From Macrostomum lignano (lineage: Eukaryota), in NCBI GenBank assembly GCA_002269645.1, contig NIVC01003699.1, positions 18,054-82,053 on the forward strand: a stretch of 64,000 nt of DNA, given 5' to 3'. A program made the position numbers and the translations under genes. The notes beneath the pieces are model-generated. The model saw only the letters and a program-made list of their open reading frames with translations. It did not search any database and had not been told where the DNA came from. Below, piece by piece: positions 1 through 58,999 of this stretch (positions within the stretch are counted from its first letter, which is position 1; each line of letters starts with the position of its first letter).

Positions 1-1164
1 TTGGTGACTCTCACCCCTAATCTCGGTGACTCTCACCCCACTCTCCAAAACCCCTTGTTTGAAAAGCTTGTTCAACTGCAAAAAATCCCACGCCCTAGTC
101 GACAGCATCGTAAAAACTATTACTACAAGCAATACCATCTGTGTTTTTTCAACTGACGAACAAATGCTTTGAAGACTTTGTTAAGTCAGACAGCTGCGCT
201 GTCAAAATAATTGCCCTCGCGTATGGGTCCTGACTCTGCTCTCCCCTCCCTCTCTTTCTCTGTTTCTCCGTTCCCACCAGTTGCAGCAATATGGCCATCA
301 TTTTTTCGGGGATCGAAGCGGGAGGCGAAGCGCAGAAAATCCAGAGCCAGCTTACTTATCGAGGGCTATAGGGAATGGATTTGAGAGACAGCGGAGAAGC
401 GGCTTGGGGCAGGTGGTGGTCCGGCTGTCTCACAGTATCTCCCTCACGCTATCGCTGCCTGTTTTCAACGGCCGTAGGCTAAAATGCCTCTTCTATTAGC
501 GAAGCAGCAAGTGCAACAGAAGCGACTGACAGCTCTCTTTCTCGCTGTTTTCTTTCCTTCCCACTTCCTGCCTGCAGTAGCCCCCCTCTCCGGGAGAAAT
601 TTCCCCACTCGCTCCCCCATTACCAGCGGACCTCTGACATATGGCCTAGGGGATATTTCTCATCTTCGCCAGTGCTTGCCTCCTCCTCCTCTTGGCCCAC
701 GATTTCTTGTATCCGATGGCACTTCAATTCGTTGCCCAAGTCCAGCGAAAGATAGCGAGCCAAGTTTCTTTTTTGAGAGTTGCATGGGAGAAAAAGATGG
801 CTGGTGGGGAGGCACTTTGGCCGCGAGCCCCGGATGCGGCCCGAGTAGTGAAGTGGGGGGGGGGGGTGGGGGCGCAACAGCGCAGCCATGCGCATCGATC
901 ATGAGGCCCCGCGACCGCCGCGTCGAGAAGGCTGCGGAGGCTGTGAGAAACAGCTCACTGAGTATTGCTGGGTGGGGGCCTTCTGTGCACAGGAATTGCT
1001 TTCGCCTATATAGCCACCTGTTTGTCAAGCACTCTCATGGACTTAGCACACGGCTAATGTAAGAAAGTATCAATCAAAGTGATATCTGACCTTTCTGAGC
1101 ACTTTGTTCTATATGCTACAACATCATAAAATTGACATCGAGTACCCTTTGTCTTGTCCTGTTA

Positions 1165-1950
1165 CCGATACCAATGTCATGTCACCCAATACCAATGTCA
1201 TGTCACCCAATACCAATGTCATGTTACCCAATAATAATGTCATGTCACCCAATACCAATGTCATGTTACCCGATACCAATGTCATGTGTCATGTCACTCA
1301 ATACCAATGTCATGTCACCCAATACCAATGTCATGTTACCCGATGCCAATGTCATGTCACCCAATACCAATGTCATGTTACCCGATACCAATGTCATGTC
1401 ACCCAATACCAATGTCATGTCACCCAATACCAATGTCATGTTACCCAATACCAATGTCATGTCACCAATACCAATGTCATGTTACCCAATAATAATGTCA
1501 TGTCACCCAATACCAATGTCATGTTACCCGATACCAATGTCATGTCACCCAATACCAATGTCATGTTACCCAATACCAATGTCATGTCACCAATACCAAT
1601 GTCATGTTACCCGATGTCAATGTCATGTTACCCGATACCAATGTCATGTTACCTGATACCAATGTCATGTCACTCAATACGAATGTCATGTTTCCCGATA
1701 CCAATGTCATGTTACCTGATACCAATGTCATGTTTCCCGATACCAATGTCATGTCACCTGATACCAATGTCATGTTACCTGATACCAATGTCATGTTACC
1801 CGATACCAATGTCATGTTACCCGATACCAATGTCATGTTACCCGATACCAATGTCATGTTACCCGATACCAATGTCATGTTACCCGATACCAATGTCATG
1901 TTACCCAATACCAATGTCATGTTACCCAATACCAATGTCATGTTACCCAA
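1165..1950. repeat. ~21-bp minisatellite (CAATACCAATGTCATGTTACC)
   Basis: Direct reading; source of the repetitive ORFs at 1104-2060. Confidence 0.95.
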
Positions 1951-1998
1951 TGCAGATGCCACGTCTCAAATGCAGTGGCTACAATGGCTCTAAATTAC

Positions 1999-48532
<46,534 letters not shown>

Positions 48533-50039
48533 CTGCTGGGGCGGCTGGTGTTGATTCAGACTAGTTGGCTGTCGGAATTGATAAGAAATTGTTTGGTTTA
48601 TTGGTGTAGAAAGTGTTTGAAATTCTCACATAGACTAGGTATATTCAAAGAGAAAAATTATGTTATAATTGCTTGAAATTACTTAACTATTCAAAATAGT
48701 AAAATGAATTAAATAAATATTTGCTATAATTTATTAACTTGACATTGAAAAATGTTGTTTCTTTTTATAACTAGCTTAGAATTCTAATTTAATTAGGTAG
48801 AACTAGGTAAATTAAGCATTTTATCATATGTAAGAAAAATTTTTAAGATTAATAATAACTCACCAAGGCCTAATTCATAATAGTCAGGTGATACAAAATA
48901 TAGAGTAGAAATTAAAATGTGATATAATTATAAAATTATTAAATGTAATTATTTATAATGGCAACTAATATAGATAATTATATATCCATATGGCTATTTT
49001 GATCATTAGTGAACTTGAAAGAATTTAATTTTAGTTATATTATATAATAGATCTTTTTTGTAAATAGTAAAACAGTTTTTTAGTCTAAGACTAAGAGTTT
49101 ATTAAGGCAAGACAATAAAGTAAACTATTAAGACTATAGTAAAAACATTATATCTTCAAGGCAATGAGGATGACAGTGTTAAATGGATTTAGTCATTTAA
49201 TTAAAACAATATTATAGCTCTAACTCTTGAATATTTAAAAAAATTAGTTTGTAATATTTATAAAAACTTGAAAGGTATTGATTGATTAGCTACATTAGTT
49301 TATATTTATGCAATGTGCCTAAAATATGCTTTAAATGTTTCTATCGAATTGACAAGGCCTATCAAAAGCAATATTTCTCAATCTAATGCAAAAATATTTA
49401 CTGAAGAGGTGCAAAAGCTACGAGCCGTAAACATTTGTCGCCTAGGACTTTACTGCTCGGTGCTCAGTGCTTTGGAAATCGTAGTTCACTATGAATTCTT
49501 AATGTTAATGACAGCTGGAACACATTTTCAAATATTCAGTAGCCACTTTACTCTGTGTTAAATTGAAAACCCTTTTTAGTTTTACACTCTGATGGGCAGT
49601 TTCATCGCTTGCCGCAAAATTTTGTCTCCCTGCAGATGTTCTTCCTCGTAATAAAAGATTTCCTACAATATCGAAATTCTAATTTGCACATTATCAAGCG
49701 GAAAAACAAATAGTTGTTTTTTGTCGGTACACTGAATTTATTTCAGAATAAAGCTAAAACTTTAGTACAACGCTTCATTTAAGTTTAAGTATTTGCTGTG
49801 CAAGTTGTGAATTTTCGGATTTGTGATTGTTACTTCGTTTGGCGATATGTTGTGTTTTTACAAAACTCGATTAGCAAAATCAGAATTTGTGAATGCCATT
49901 ATGTTATAATACTTTAGAAGTAAATAGACAAATTCAGATATATGTACCACAGTGCACAGTCTTGCTTGCCTTTTTGTATATTTTACGAAATCTTCCCTGA
50001 CTTTTATAAGCAAATAGCCGGGGAGAGCAATAAAAAATT

Positions 50040-50121
50040 CGTCGCAAGCAGGATTCGAACCTGCGCGGGGAAACCCCATTGGATTTCTAGTCCAACGCCT
50101 TAACCACTCGGCCATCGCGAC
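50040..50121 (-). tRNA. tRNA-Ser (AGA)
   Basis: GTCGCGATGGCCGAGTGGTTAAGGCGTTGGACTAGAAATCCAATGGGGTTTCCCCGCGCAGGTTCGAATCCTGCTTGCGACG. 82 nt with paired acceptor stem, A and B boxes, anticodon loop CT-AGA-AA, long variable arm and a downstream T6 Pol III terminator. Confidence 0.97.
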
Positions 50122-50916
50122 TTCAGCTAGTACAGCGCCAATTGCATTCTTAAACTACAATATATAGTTTCAAAAAAGCTGAGGCCGGTTTAATAAATAG
50201 TTAATAGGACATAGGAGCCATTTCAATTTCAGAGCCAAACCAAACCAAATAACAATTTCGGAGCCAAATTAATCTATCTATTAAAAATGCGAGAATTGCC
50301 CCAAAGCTATATACTACAATAACATTGTGGCAAAGAGCCGGAAGAATCGGTAGGCTTCTTCGGTCCGTTCCTTCTTCCTTCGTGGTTTCTATTATTCTTG
50401 GAAATGGAAGAATGGCCTATGACGTTTAAGATTAGATCGACGAGGAATGGCCGACTACTGATACTGACGGCGGCCCTACAGTTCCCCAACCATCCAATCT
50501 TGTAATTTCTTATTTCTGAATGCAAAGGTAGCAAAAGGGTACTAAGATTAAGAGTAATTCTCTTTTTCTTTCTCTAGGCTGCACCTGGTGATCACGTGAC
50601 TGTGAATTGTGTATTCAACAGCCTGAATACCTTACGTCCCTGGTGGCCTTATAGGAACAGAAACTCCGTCCAACGGCTCAAAGTTGAGATCGTGGGAAAG
50701 ACCTTAGAAGTTCAATAAATCAGAAAGTAAGAATCCAATGCATAGCACTGTTTCCTGGATATGAAGGCATTGTTATAAAAATAAGCGTAAAAACATTCCA
50801 CTTTCGACGTGTCAAGCTGTTACAACCACGTGCATGCTATTTTGCATTGAAACTTACAAGCGTTGCATTACACCATGCTGTAACCACAGTCCGCTTTGTT
50901 AATTTTTCGATAAGAA

Positions 50917-51504
50917 ATGGTCTGTTTTACGCAACGTACGCCAGTAACAATGGCGCTCACCCTAGCTGGTAGCGTGCTGTTTATTGTGGGCGGCGCCACC
51001 TGGGGTGGCGGCTACACCGATGGCGACCAACGTCGAACGGACTTAGGCGTCTTCCTGACCGGTCTGAGCCTCGCCTGTTTGGTCTTGGCAGGCCTGGCTT
51101 GCTGGTTTAATACTAGTAGCGCTTCCGATGGCAGAGGCTCAAGAGACCGCAGCAGTAGGAAATACACGACTGCAACGGGTCTTCCCTTCGAAGATGGCAG
51201 TAGATGCGAAGATGCAGAGTACAGGAGCTTCCGGTCCAGTCGGAGAGCTCAGTTGCAGCGGTACCGGTGTCGCCGACACCGTTCGCCTGTGCTGCCGTCG
51301 CTCGCGCTGGCAATGCACGTACAGGTCCCTCTTAGACCTTGGCTAGCGGCCTCTATGACAATGCTAGACTGCAGCAGCAATTTTCTGGAACAGATCCTTT
51401 GTCGGTCATCTTTGTTTAGCTTTGGCATTTGTTTGGCATGCAAACAAGGACCACTATTGAAAATTACGTTAAGGAGGACGCAAATATGCAACGAAACACA
51501 TTAG
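50917..51504 (+). CDS. Intronless ORF, putative small two-transmembrane protein (unknown family)
   Basis: ATG start; two hydrophobic segments (MALTLAGSVLFIVGGATW; LGVFLTGLSLACLVLAGLACWF) separated by a short charged loop, then a basic tail. GC-rich relative to flanks. C-terminal frame uncertain. Confidence 0.45.
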   Translation: MVCFTQRTPVTMALTLAGSVLFIVGGATWGGGYTDGDQRRTDLGVFLTGLSLACLVLAGLACWFNTSSASDGRGSRDRSSRKYTTATGLPFEDGSRCEDAEYRSFRSSRRAQLQRYRCRRHRSPVLPSLALAMHVQVPLRPWLAASMTMLDCSSNFLEQILCRSSLFSFGICLACKQGPLLKITLRRTQICNETH

Positions 51505-51974
51505 CGAGGTATATGCTTTTTCTCTGCAGTATGTCTCTACAGCTATAGGCACGTAGTCTGTTCTCAACTATTGTATTAATTATTGTATTATTTTATTATA
51601 AGCTTTCTAATGTAAAAGCACGTTATCAGTTAAATTTTATTGAACTGATTGAACTGCTTCAGCTGTTCCTTTTCACCGACATACGGATACAGACTTAGAA
51701 ACCGCATAATATTAAACTAATCGTTGAGATATTCATATTTAAATTCTCATTATCGAAACATTTTACACGATATTTCTTTGTAAGGTGCCCTTGCATGCAA
51801 ATGCAATCATTGCTTACCTTAGTATCGTGCAGGTTGTATCGTGCAACTTGAATTAAAGCAAGTTACTTTGTACATAATTTTACATAATAAGCACTCGTAC
51901 TTTAGCACTTGCGTTTTGTTTATATGTTTTTTATGTAATTGATGTCTCTTGATAATTGTATTAACAGTAGAAAT

Positions 51975-52805
51975 ACCAAGCCATTTTTCCACCCATCGAA
52001 CTACCATAGCCTGACATTTTTGCTGCGCCGGAATAGAGCACCGGAGGCACACGAAATTCAAGATACCGTTGTCGACCGTTGAAGGAGGCGACGGCGTCTG
52101 TATGACAACTAAATGCTTGAAAGACTAATTGAGGATACATAGCGAGGCTTGCTTACTGTTGAGGCTTGATCACTGTTGAGACATCAGAGAATTTCGCAAT
52201 AGGTGTCCATTGTCGCCTGGTGCCACCTGTTGAAGGTCCAGAAGCTCAGCCTGCGTGAAGGTCAGTGACATCATTGGACCCACCCGCCGGGTTGGTCCTC
52301 AGACGGTCACGCCTCATCATTGATGATCTGGGCATGGCGGGTCGAGAACAGCTTAAGTCTCGCCCTCAGAGCTATCCGGGCTCTCGGGATCGTCTCGGCG
52401 CTGCTCACCGCCGGCGTTGCGCTTTTTCCTCGGGATGAGGTGGAAGACTAACTTCCATGCCCCAACGTAGGCGGCGTGGTCTTTGCCTTGCATGTGGCGC
52501 TCCCAATCACACCAAGCCATTTTTCCACCCATTGAACTACCATAGCCTGACATTTTTGCTGCGCCGGAATAGAGCACCGGAGGCACACGAAATTCAAGAT
52601 ACCGTTGTCGACCGTTGAAGGAGGCGACGGCGTCTGTATGACAACTAAATGCTTGAAAGACTAGTTGAGGATACATAGCGAGGCTTGCTTACTGTTGAGG
52701 CTTGATCACTGTTGAGACATCAGAGAATTTCGCAATAGGTGTCCATTGTCGCCTGTTGCCACCTGTTGAAGGTCCAGAAGCTCAGCCTGCGTGAAGGTCA
52801 GTGAC
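51975..52805. repeat. 295-bp near-identical direct repeats (51975-52269, 52511-52805) around a 241-bp core
   Basis: Read directly; only a few substitutions between copies, offset 536. Confidence 0.9.
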
Positions 52806-53290
52806 CAGCGATGTCAGGGCTGATGCAAACATTTGTCGTCGATCAAATTTATAGGCTTGGCAGGGCCGAACTGAGGCGCAGTGCTGAATGGTACACAGGG
52901 GTGTATTAATTGCACTAGCGCTTATTGGAGAACATCCGACCTGGTAGAATATTTGAATATCTCGACGGTCCGGATGGGCTGGAAAATTGATTCTTGTTTG
53001 AGAAGGTGCGCAACAAAAAGTTTGCCAGTTAGTTCTTGAATTTCGTGTTGCTCCGTTCCGGAGCAGCAAAACATTGTCAGGGGGATTTCCCCGTTCCGGA
53101 GCAGCAAAACATTGTTAGGGGGGATTTCCCCGTTCCGGAGCAGCAAAACATTGTCAGGGGGGATTTCCCCGTTCCGGAGCAGCAAAACATAGTCAAGGGG
53201 GATTTCCCCGTTCCGGAGCAGCAAAACATTGTCAGGGGGGGATTTCCCCGTTCCGGAGCAGCAAAACATTGTCAGGGGGGATTTCCCCTT
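52546..53290. mobile_element. Related fold-back element, with its right end tandemly amplified (~36-37-bp units to 53290)
   Basis: CCTGACATTTTTGCTGCGCCGGAATAGAGCAC...CACGAAATTCAAGA is inverted relative to TTCTTGAATTTCGTGTTGCTCCGTTCCGGAGCAGCAAAACATTGTCAGG at 53033-53080. Confidence 0.45.
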
Positions 53291-53823
53291 GGTAGTTTTA
53301 CTGTTAATGCACTATTATGCAGCCAAAATATACACAAAATTTCACATTACTGGTTGGAAAAAACCCTTATGATTATGAATAAGACCTTAAAATTCTAGTC
53401 ATCTTTTAGCTGCTTGATTAATTTTTACCACCAGCTAGTAGGTTCTGCTACTTGCAATTAACCAATATTGCCCAGCAAATAACCACACACAGCCTCCATA
53501 TTTAGTCTTCGTGAAAAGCGTGTTGATGACGAGGCAATTTTTCGTGCCCCGCATTTTTTATTGCCTGCAAATGCATCTGCGACTAAACTTTGAATGTGAC
53601 TATTGTTTACATGTATTTATATTTAAGTAACAAAGTAGGTTTATGCTATCATAAAAATTATCCACGCTTCATGCTGTCAACGGAAATGATTCAAAGCACT
53701 GGACCGGAAAATCTCAGCAAATATAAACGGTAAACAACAGCTACAGTTCAATCCAATTTTTCGTTTGAAACAACGACTTTGTTGTCAAGCGTAGCTTTAC
53801 GTTCAGTCGATTTTTGAAGCGAA

Positions 53824-56499
53824 ATGCTGCGGATTACACTTAGTGTGTTACTAGTAGCAACTTTACATTTCTCAGGCTGCAGCGCTTGCAACCTGACAGA
53901 GAAGATTCTTGACGATACGAAAGGCTTGGTGCATCGATGCCTAAACACCACCGGCACCAACGAGTGGCATTTCGGCGCTGCTTGTTGGCTGCGTTCGCTG
54001 GACAGAGACACTAATGCTACCATTGAATTGGAGTTCAAAGAGAAGTATATTCACCCCAGCGGTCGGGACGTTGCCCAGTGCAGAAGAGGCAGGTACGACA
54101 CAGTTCTTGTGTACCTTGCTTGCTTTGTTGCTGCGAATGACTCCAGCAATGAAAATGGCATTATTCGATGGCCCGGCGAAGTGTGGACTGGCAGTGATGG
54201 CTTCAAGTACACCTGTACCAATGCCTCATCGGCTAACTCAAGAGACTTTGAGGAAGGTTCACGAGTAATTAATCACGAGTAACTATATGGCTGCAACTCA
54301 TCGATAACAGGTGAATTGATTGATCCAGAATCAACTGAACTAAGCCTGAATGGTCTTATTAGCAAGTGCAAATTCAATGGTAGAAATCTAAAAAATCCTC
54401 GTTACTTATTGGAGGCTATTGGCTGTTGGCTGGAAAATCCTAAAAAACTAGGCAGGTATGATCAGCTCAATTTCGGAGACGAGTACTTCATATCCTTGCA
54501 AAGTATTCGGGAAAAGTTTGCTACCTGTCGACAGAGATACAGCGGAGAGGCCTTGGTGCATTACATGTGCATCGAAAATGGCACCACTGGTGTTGTATTT
54601 CGCTCTGCTGGCAGCAATTGGACTGACAGTGACGGCATCCAGAGGGAGTGTCTGCCTGCCAAACCATCGGAGCTGCTCAGCGCTCGAGTCATTTTGCGAG
54701 CTTGCAATCATAATGGAAGTCATTTTAACCCAGGGTCTGTGGCAAGAATGGAAGATGGAAGTGTTTGGCGATGCGCCTTTAATAGGTACAGGTCAGAGTA
54801 CGGATGGTTTGAGGCTGTGGGATGCTGGCCGAAGGACCCCCAGTTTCAAAGCCTTATCAATTTCAGTGGAAATATGGATGTTGGCGATAAAATTTGTCTC
54901 AGTGATGGAACTTGCATAGCAAAATGTGAAAAACGGCGTTATCGCGAAGAAGTCGCTCTCCTCGAGATGGTCTGCTTTAAAAATGTTGGCAAGGGCGCCA
55001 AATATAGACTACCTTACGAGAACTGGACTGACGACAGTGGATTCAATCGGACGTGCATTCCGATGGCCGATCAGTCCTCTAAGTTCGGCGTCGGGGCGGA
55101 AACTATCCTCCAGGGATGTAATGCCAAGGTTGGTGACGACAATGTGGCTCCTGGAGCTTTGTATTTTGATACAAAATTACTTGTGTATGAATGCAGCTAC
55201 AATAGCTACCGGAGAGAGTACAATTTTGAAGAACTTGCGGGATGCTGGATGCATGACTCTAGTGGACAACGCATCACAATAGCTAATGGAGAAGCTTTTC
55301 AGCTTACGAGGAATCAGACTGTTGCAACTTGCCGAAAGAAAAGATACTCACGTCGCGTGGAGTTTACTGTCGAGGTGTGCTTTAAGGATAGCCAAGCATC
55401 ATTACTAAACTGGAGCAGTTCTCAAATTGCATTTCCAAAAGAGAAAATCAAAATCGGTTCTACGATTCAAGAGTGCGATCCGGCTGCAACTTATTCCGAT
55501 GGCGTCGACGCTAAGTGGATCGTGTTCGGCTGTCCGCTGGAAACGGGTATTGTTTCACCTGGAACCAGAAAACATTCGGAGGACGGAATTGTTTGGGAGT
55601 GTGCACACAATGATAGGCAAGGAAGCGGTGCGGCTTATTCTTGGGTCAAACCGGTGGGTTGCTGGTTCAGCGACCATCAGAATCAATCTATTGTTATAAG
55701 AAAATTCAGCTCTGTTTACAATCACTCCGGCACTGCGGCGGCTATTTGCGAGTATCGACGCTACAGTGAACCCAATCTCAAAATGCTTGTCTGCTTCTCT
55801 CAAGCCAATCGTCGCATTTACATTGAGGGAGATGTATGGACAGAAGAGACTACAGGATTGACTAAGCAGTGTGTCTCGACCTCCAGTGGCGGAGTGACAA
55901 CAATTGACGCCGGCTGCTGGCTGCAAGCACCAAGGGGGACTAATTCAACCGTTTCGCCGAGCAGCGTACTGTCACGAAACGGCTCTGTCGCAAGCGCTGC
56001 AAAAAACCGCGTTCTGCGATGCGACTTCAACGAACGCAGAGGACGGTACGAATGGAGTACAAGTGTAGCTTGCTGGTACAGGGACGACGAAGGTGCATTC
56101 ACTGTTCTGCCTATTGACCGAGAGTACTGGTCCAACGGGATGCTGATGTACAAGTGCCTCCGAACAAGATCTGGTGCCGTATTTGTAAAACACTCGTGCG
56201 AACACAATGGCACTTGGCACGCCGCTATGGACACATGGCGCGACGCTAACTATAAGTACAGGTGTTGGCCGGCGTCAGGCGAAAACAGTGCCAAGGTGCA
56301 GAAGACCCACTGCATCAGCGATGAAGGCACTCTGTTCACTGAATCGAAACAGATAAATGGTATCCAATACGTCTGTATGCAGATTTGCGGTTTCTGGGTC
56401 TTTATTAGACAGCCCACGCCTAAGCACTACCAGCTGCTGTTCAGCTTTATTAACAACTGTCATGCAGTCAATATGAACATTATTAATAGCATTGGCTGA
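53824..56499 (+). CDS. Intronless secreted cysteine-rich tandem-repeat glycoprotein (892 codons) interrupted by one in-frame TAA at 54280-54282
   Basis: Signal peptide MLRITLSVLLVATLHFSGCSA. ORFs 53824-54282 and 54316-56499 are in the same frame, separated only by the TAA. About 6 repeats of ~140-150 aa with conserved Cys motifs (GCW, C-x2-4-RY, M/L-x-CF, W-T-x3-G) and many N-x-S/T sites. Confidence 0.85.
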
Positions 56500-57115
56500 T
56501 GGCTCCTGAGTTCGAGCAACCTGTGAGATGCTCCTCTGTGGCTGAAATAGGAAAATTTTCAAACCTAGATCTCGATGCACTTTGATTAATTTACTTTCGT
56601 AGAAGAAGACTACTTTTTTCTTTAGACGCAAAGGAACCTGTTCGTTTTTTTCTCCATTAAAAAAATAAACTCTTGCGTATTGTGACACTATTCTAATAAT
56701 TTTACTATAAAATATATAAACATAAGCCCTCATTTTTCAAACGAGAAAGTAAATGAAGTTTAAGCGTGTACCCGAGAAACCAATAGGCCAGGTTGAAGTA
56801 GAAACAGTAGGCGAAATTCGGAAATTCGGCGAAATTCTATGCCAGCAGAACTGTATGCAGCTCAGAAAGAGAGAAAACAACTATTACATATCCGACGCAG
56901 ATTTCCATATTGAATGTCAATTCGCAATTACCTTAGCAAATTTGCTATTTTAGCTGCGAGAATGCAACAAATGTAAATTGGGAAAGTTTCTGACTGAAAA
57001 AAGGAGTTTAAGCTGCAAAAATTTCGCCGAGTGCTTTAAAGCAGACGTAAAGCGTGACATGTGCAAGTACCCGTACATTGGTGATAGAAGGTTACCACGG
57101 ACGCTTCACCAATTA

Positions 57116-57555
57116 GAGCAATCCAGGCACACGAGATTCAAGAACACGGGCCAACTTTTTGTTGCGCACCTTCGGACCGTCGAGATATTCAACAATTCTA
57201 CCAGAAGGTCGGATTTTTCCTATAGGCGCCAATCAATACTGCGCCTCCAGTCCTCGCGGCACCACCTGCTGAAGGTGCCAACGGCGTCTGGTTCGTGACT
57301 GAATTCTTGAGAGACCAACTGTGGATTTCCAGCAGTTTAGGCGTGCTCAACTGTCGAGGCTTGGTCAGAGACATCAGAGAAATTCCCAACAGGGTGTCCA
57401 TAGTCGCCTGGGTCCTATACCTTCTTCTGACCTTCCTTCTCTTCAAGACCTTCTGGTAGAATCGTTGAATAACTCGACAATCCGGATGGACTGGCCACTT
57501 GATTCTTGTTTGAGAAGGTGCTTGTGTTCTTGAAGTTCATGTGCCTGGGTTGCTC
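57116..57555. mobile_element. Fold-back/MITE-like element with imperfect terminal inverted repeats
   Basis: GAGCAATCCAGGCACACGAGATTCAAGAACAC (57116) vs GTGTTCTTGAAGTTCATGTGCCTGGGTTGCTC (ends 57555); internal blocks related to 52546-53080. Confidence 0.5.
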
Positions 57556-58340
57556 CGTTTCGGCGTAGCCAAAAATTTTCTGGGGGATACCAATCTTAGT
57601 AGTTCGACAGGTGAAAAAATAATCTACAGATGACGCTTCGTTCAGAAAAGAGCAATGATTGACAAAATACTTGAATTCGTTTAAACTTTTCTAAGAAATA
57701 TCTCAACGTCATGTCTAATAGTCCTATTGCTAGTGAGCTTTCAGCTGCTCATATCGGCGGCAAGGGCTTTGCATACCAACAGATTTTTACTTCTTGCGCA
57801 GCTACTGGTCTGTCCTCCTCTCCACTTTTGCTCTCTTATCGCATTATAAATAAGATATAATGAATTCGATTTAGCATATAGCTATCGCACTCAAAACAGT
57901 CCGACTGAAAAGCGACAAGGTTTTGCTACCTGCCTCGCCAAAGCATGCAGCATTCACAGAAAAGGTGAGAATTAATTATTGGGATAACTGTAACAACTAT
58001 TATAGTTTTTGCACAGTGAGATGAATCATAAATCTAAGTACACTCGTACTTATCAACCAAAATACACTGGTCTCACAATTTTATCCACTTTGATATTGGC
58101 ATTGGCTCTTCCAGTGCATTTTTTACATTCAGAAACAGGCAAAAATGCCACCTCGTGCATATTGTACATAGTCAAAGAGAACTTCTCATTCAAAATTTAA
58201 CCCCCATGAGTTACACAACCTACGCCGCGAACTCAAAAGGTCAAAAACTCAAACTAAAATCACAATTAATAGCAACAGTCTATTCAATTTAACTTCGCAC
58301 AGGCATAACTTTATTTATCGTCAGGAATGTACACTTCACT

Positions 58341-58462
58341 GTGCCTTGGGGGTTGGCCCTCAAGCTAGGAGTTAATTGCACGAGCAGAGCCAAGCTGAGA
58401 TTCCAATTTAGCCCCAAATTAATGCATCTGCAATTGAAATCGAGCCCGGGCCGCTGGAACAT
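58341..58462 (-). mobile_element. 5'-truncated copy 2 of the same SINE-like family
   Basis: Reverse complement reads CCAGCGGCCCGGGCTCGATTTC...ATTAATTTGGGGCTAAATTGGAATCTCAGCTTGGCTCTGCTCGTGCAATTAAC...TTGAGGGCCAA, near-identical to ~24868-24965. Confidence 0.6.
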
Positions 58463-58999
58463 TTACTTAGCAACATCGAAAAGTCGCCATCATAGAAGAT
58501 TCCGTCTGTGGTCGCTACTTTTGACAGTGCAAGTAAAGTCTCTCAATCTTTGCGAGTGACGCAACTTAGCTACGCCAAGCGGCAGACTTGAGTTGAGGAG
58601 TTGAGGAATAAAGGGGGGAGCGGTGTACGAGGGCTGGGCGGATTAAAGCTACCCCGATCAATTTTCTTGTATCTTATATTTTACGAGCTAGAACTTGGTC
58701 CAAGAGAAATTGCTCACTGGCGCATAGAGTATCGACTTTTCAATGTGGCTGAGTATAAGAGCGCGCTAGACCAATAGGCTTCGCCCCCATGAAATGGTTT
58801 GAAAATACAAGCGTACAATAATAGCTTCTCTATGGTTTAGATCATTAGCTTTGCAAGACAACATTTGACGAAATACTCTGGAGAGAAATAGAATAGCAAA
58901 AATTCATTGCTTGTACGAGTTGTAGGAGTGAATTGTTATCAATAAACTAAGAAACTTTCAAAAATACTCGTACGCCTGTTTTTGTCATCCCACTACTAG

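Noticed and set aside
620-895. GC-rich minus-strand ORF ending at GAG|GTCCGC, a possible further internal first exon
   Set aside because: No PDZ similarity, a weak donor, and the downstream partner exon is outside the window.
54280-54282. Genetic-code reassignment of TAA
   Set aside because: Only one case; no in-frame TAA in the ~30 conserved MPDZ/GGT exons, and the local tRNA has an ordinary Ser AGA anticodon.
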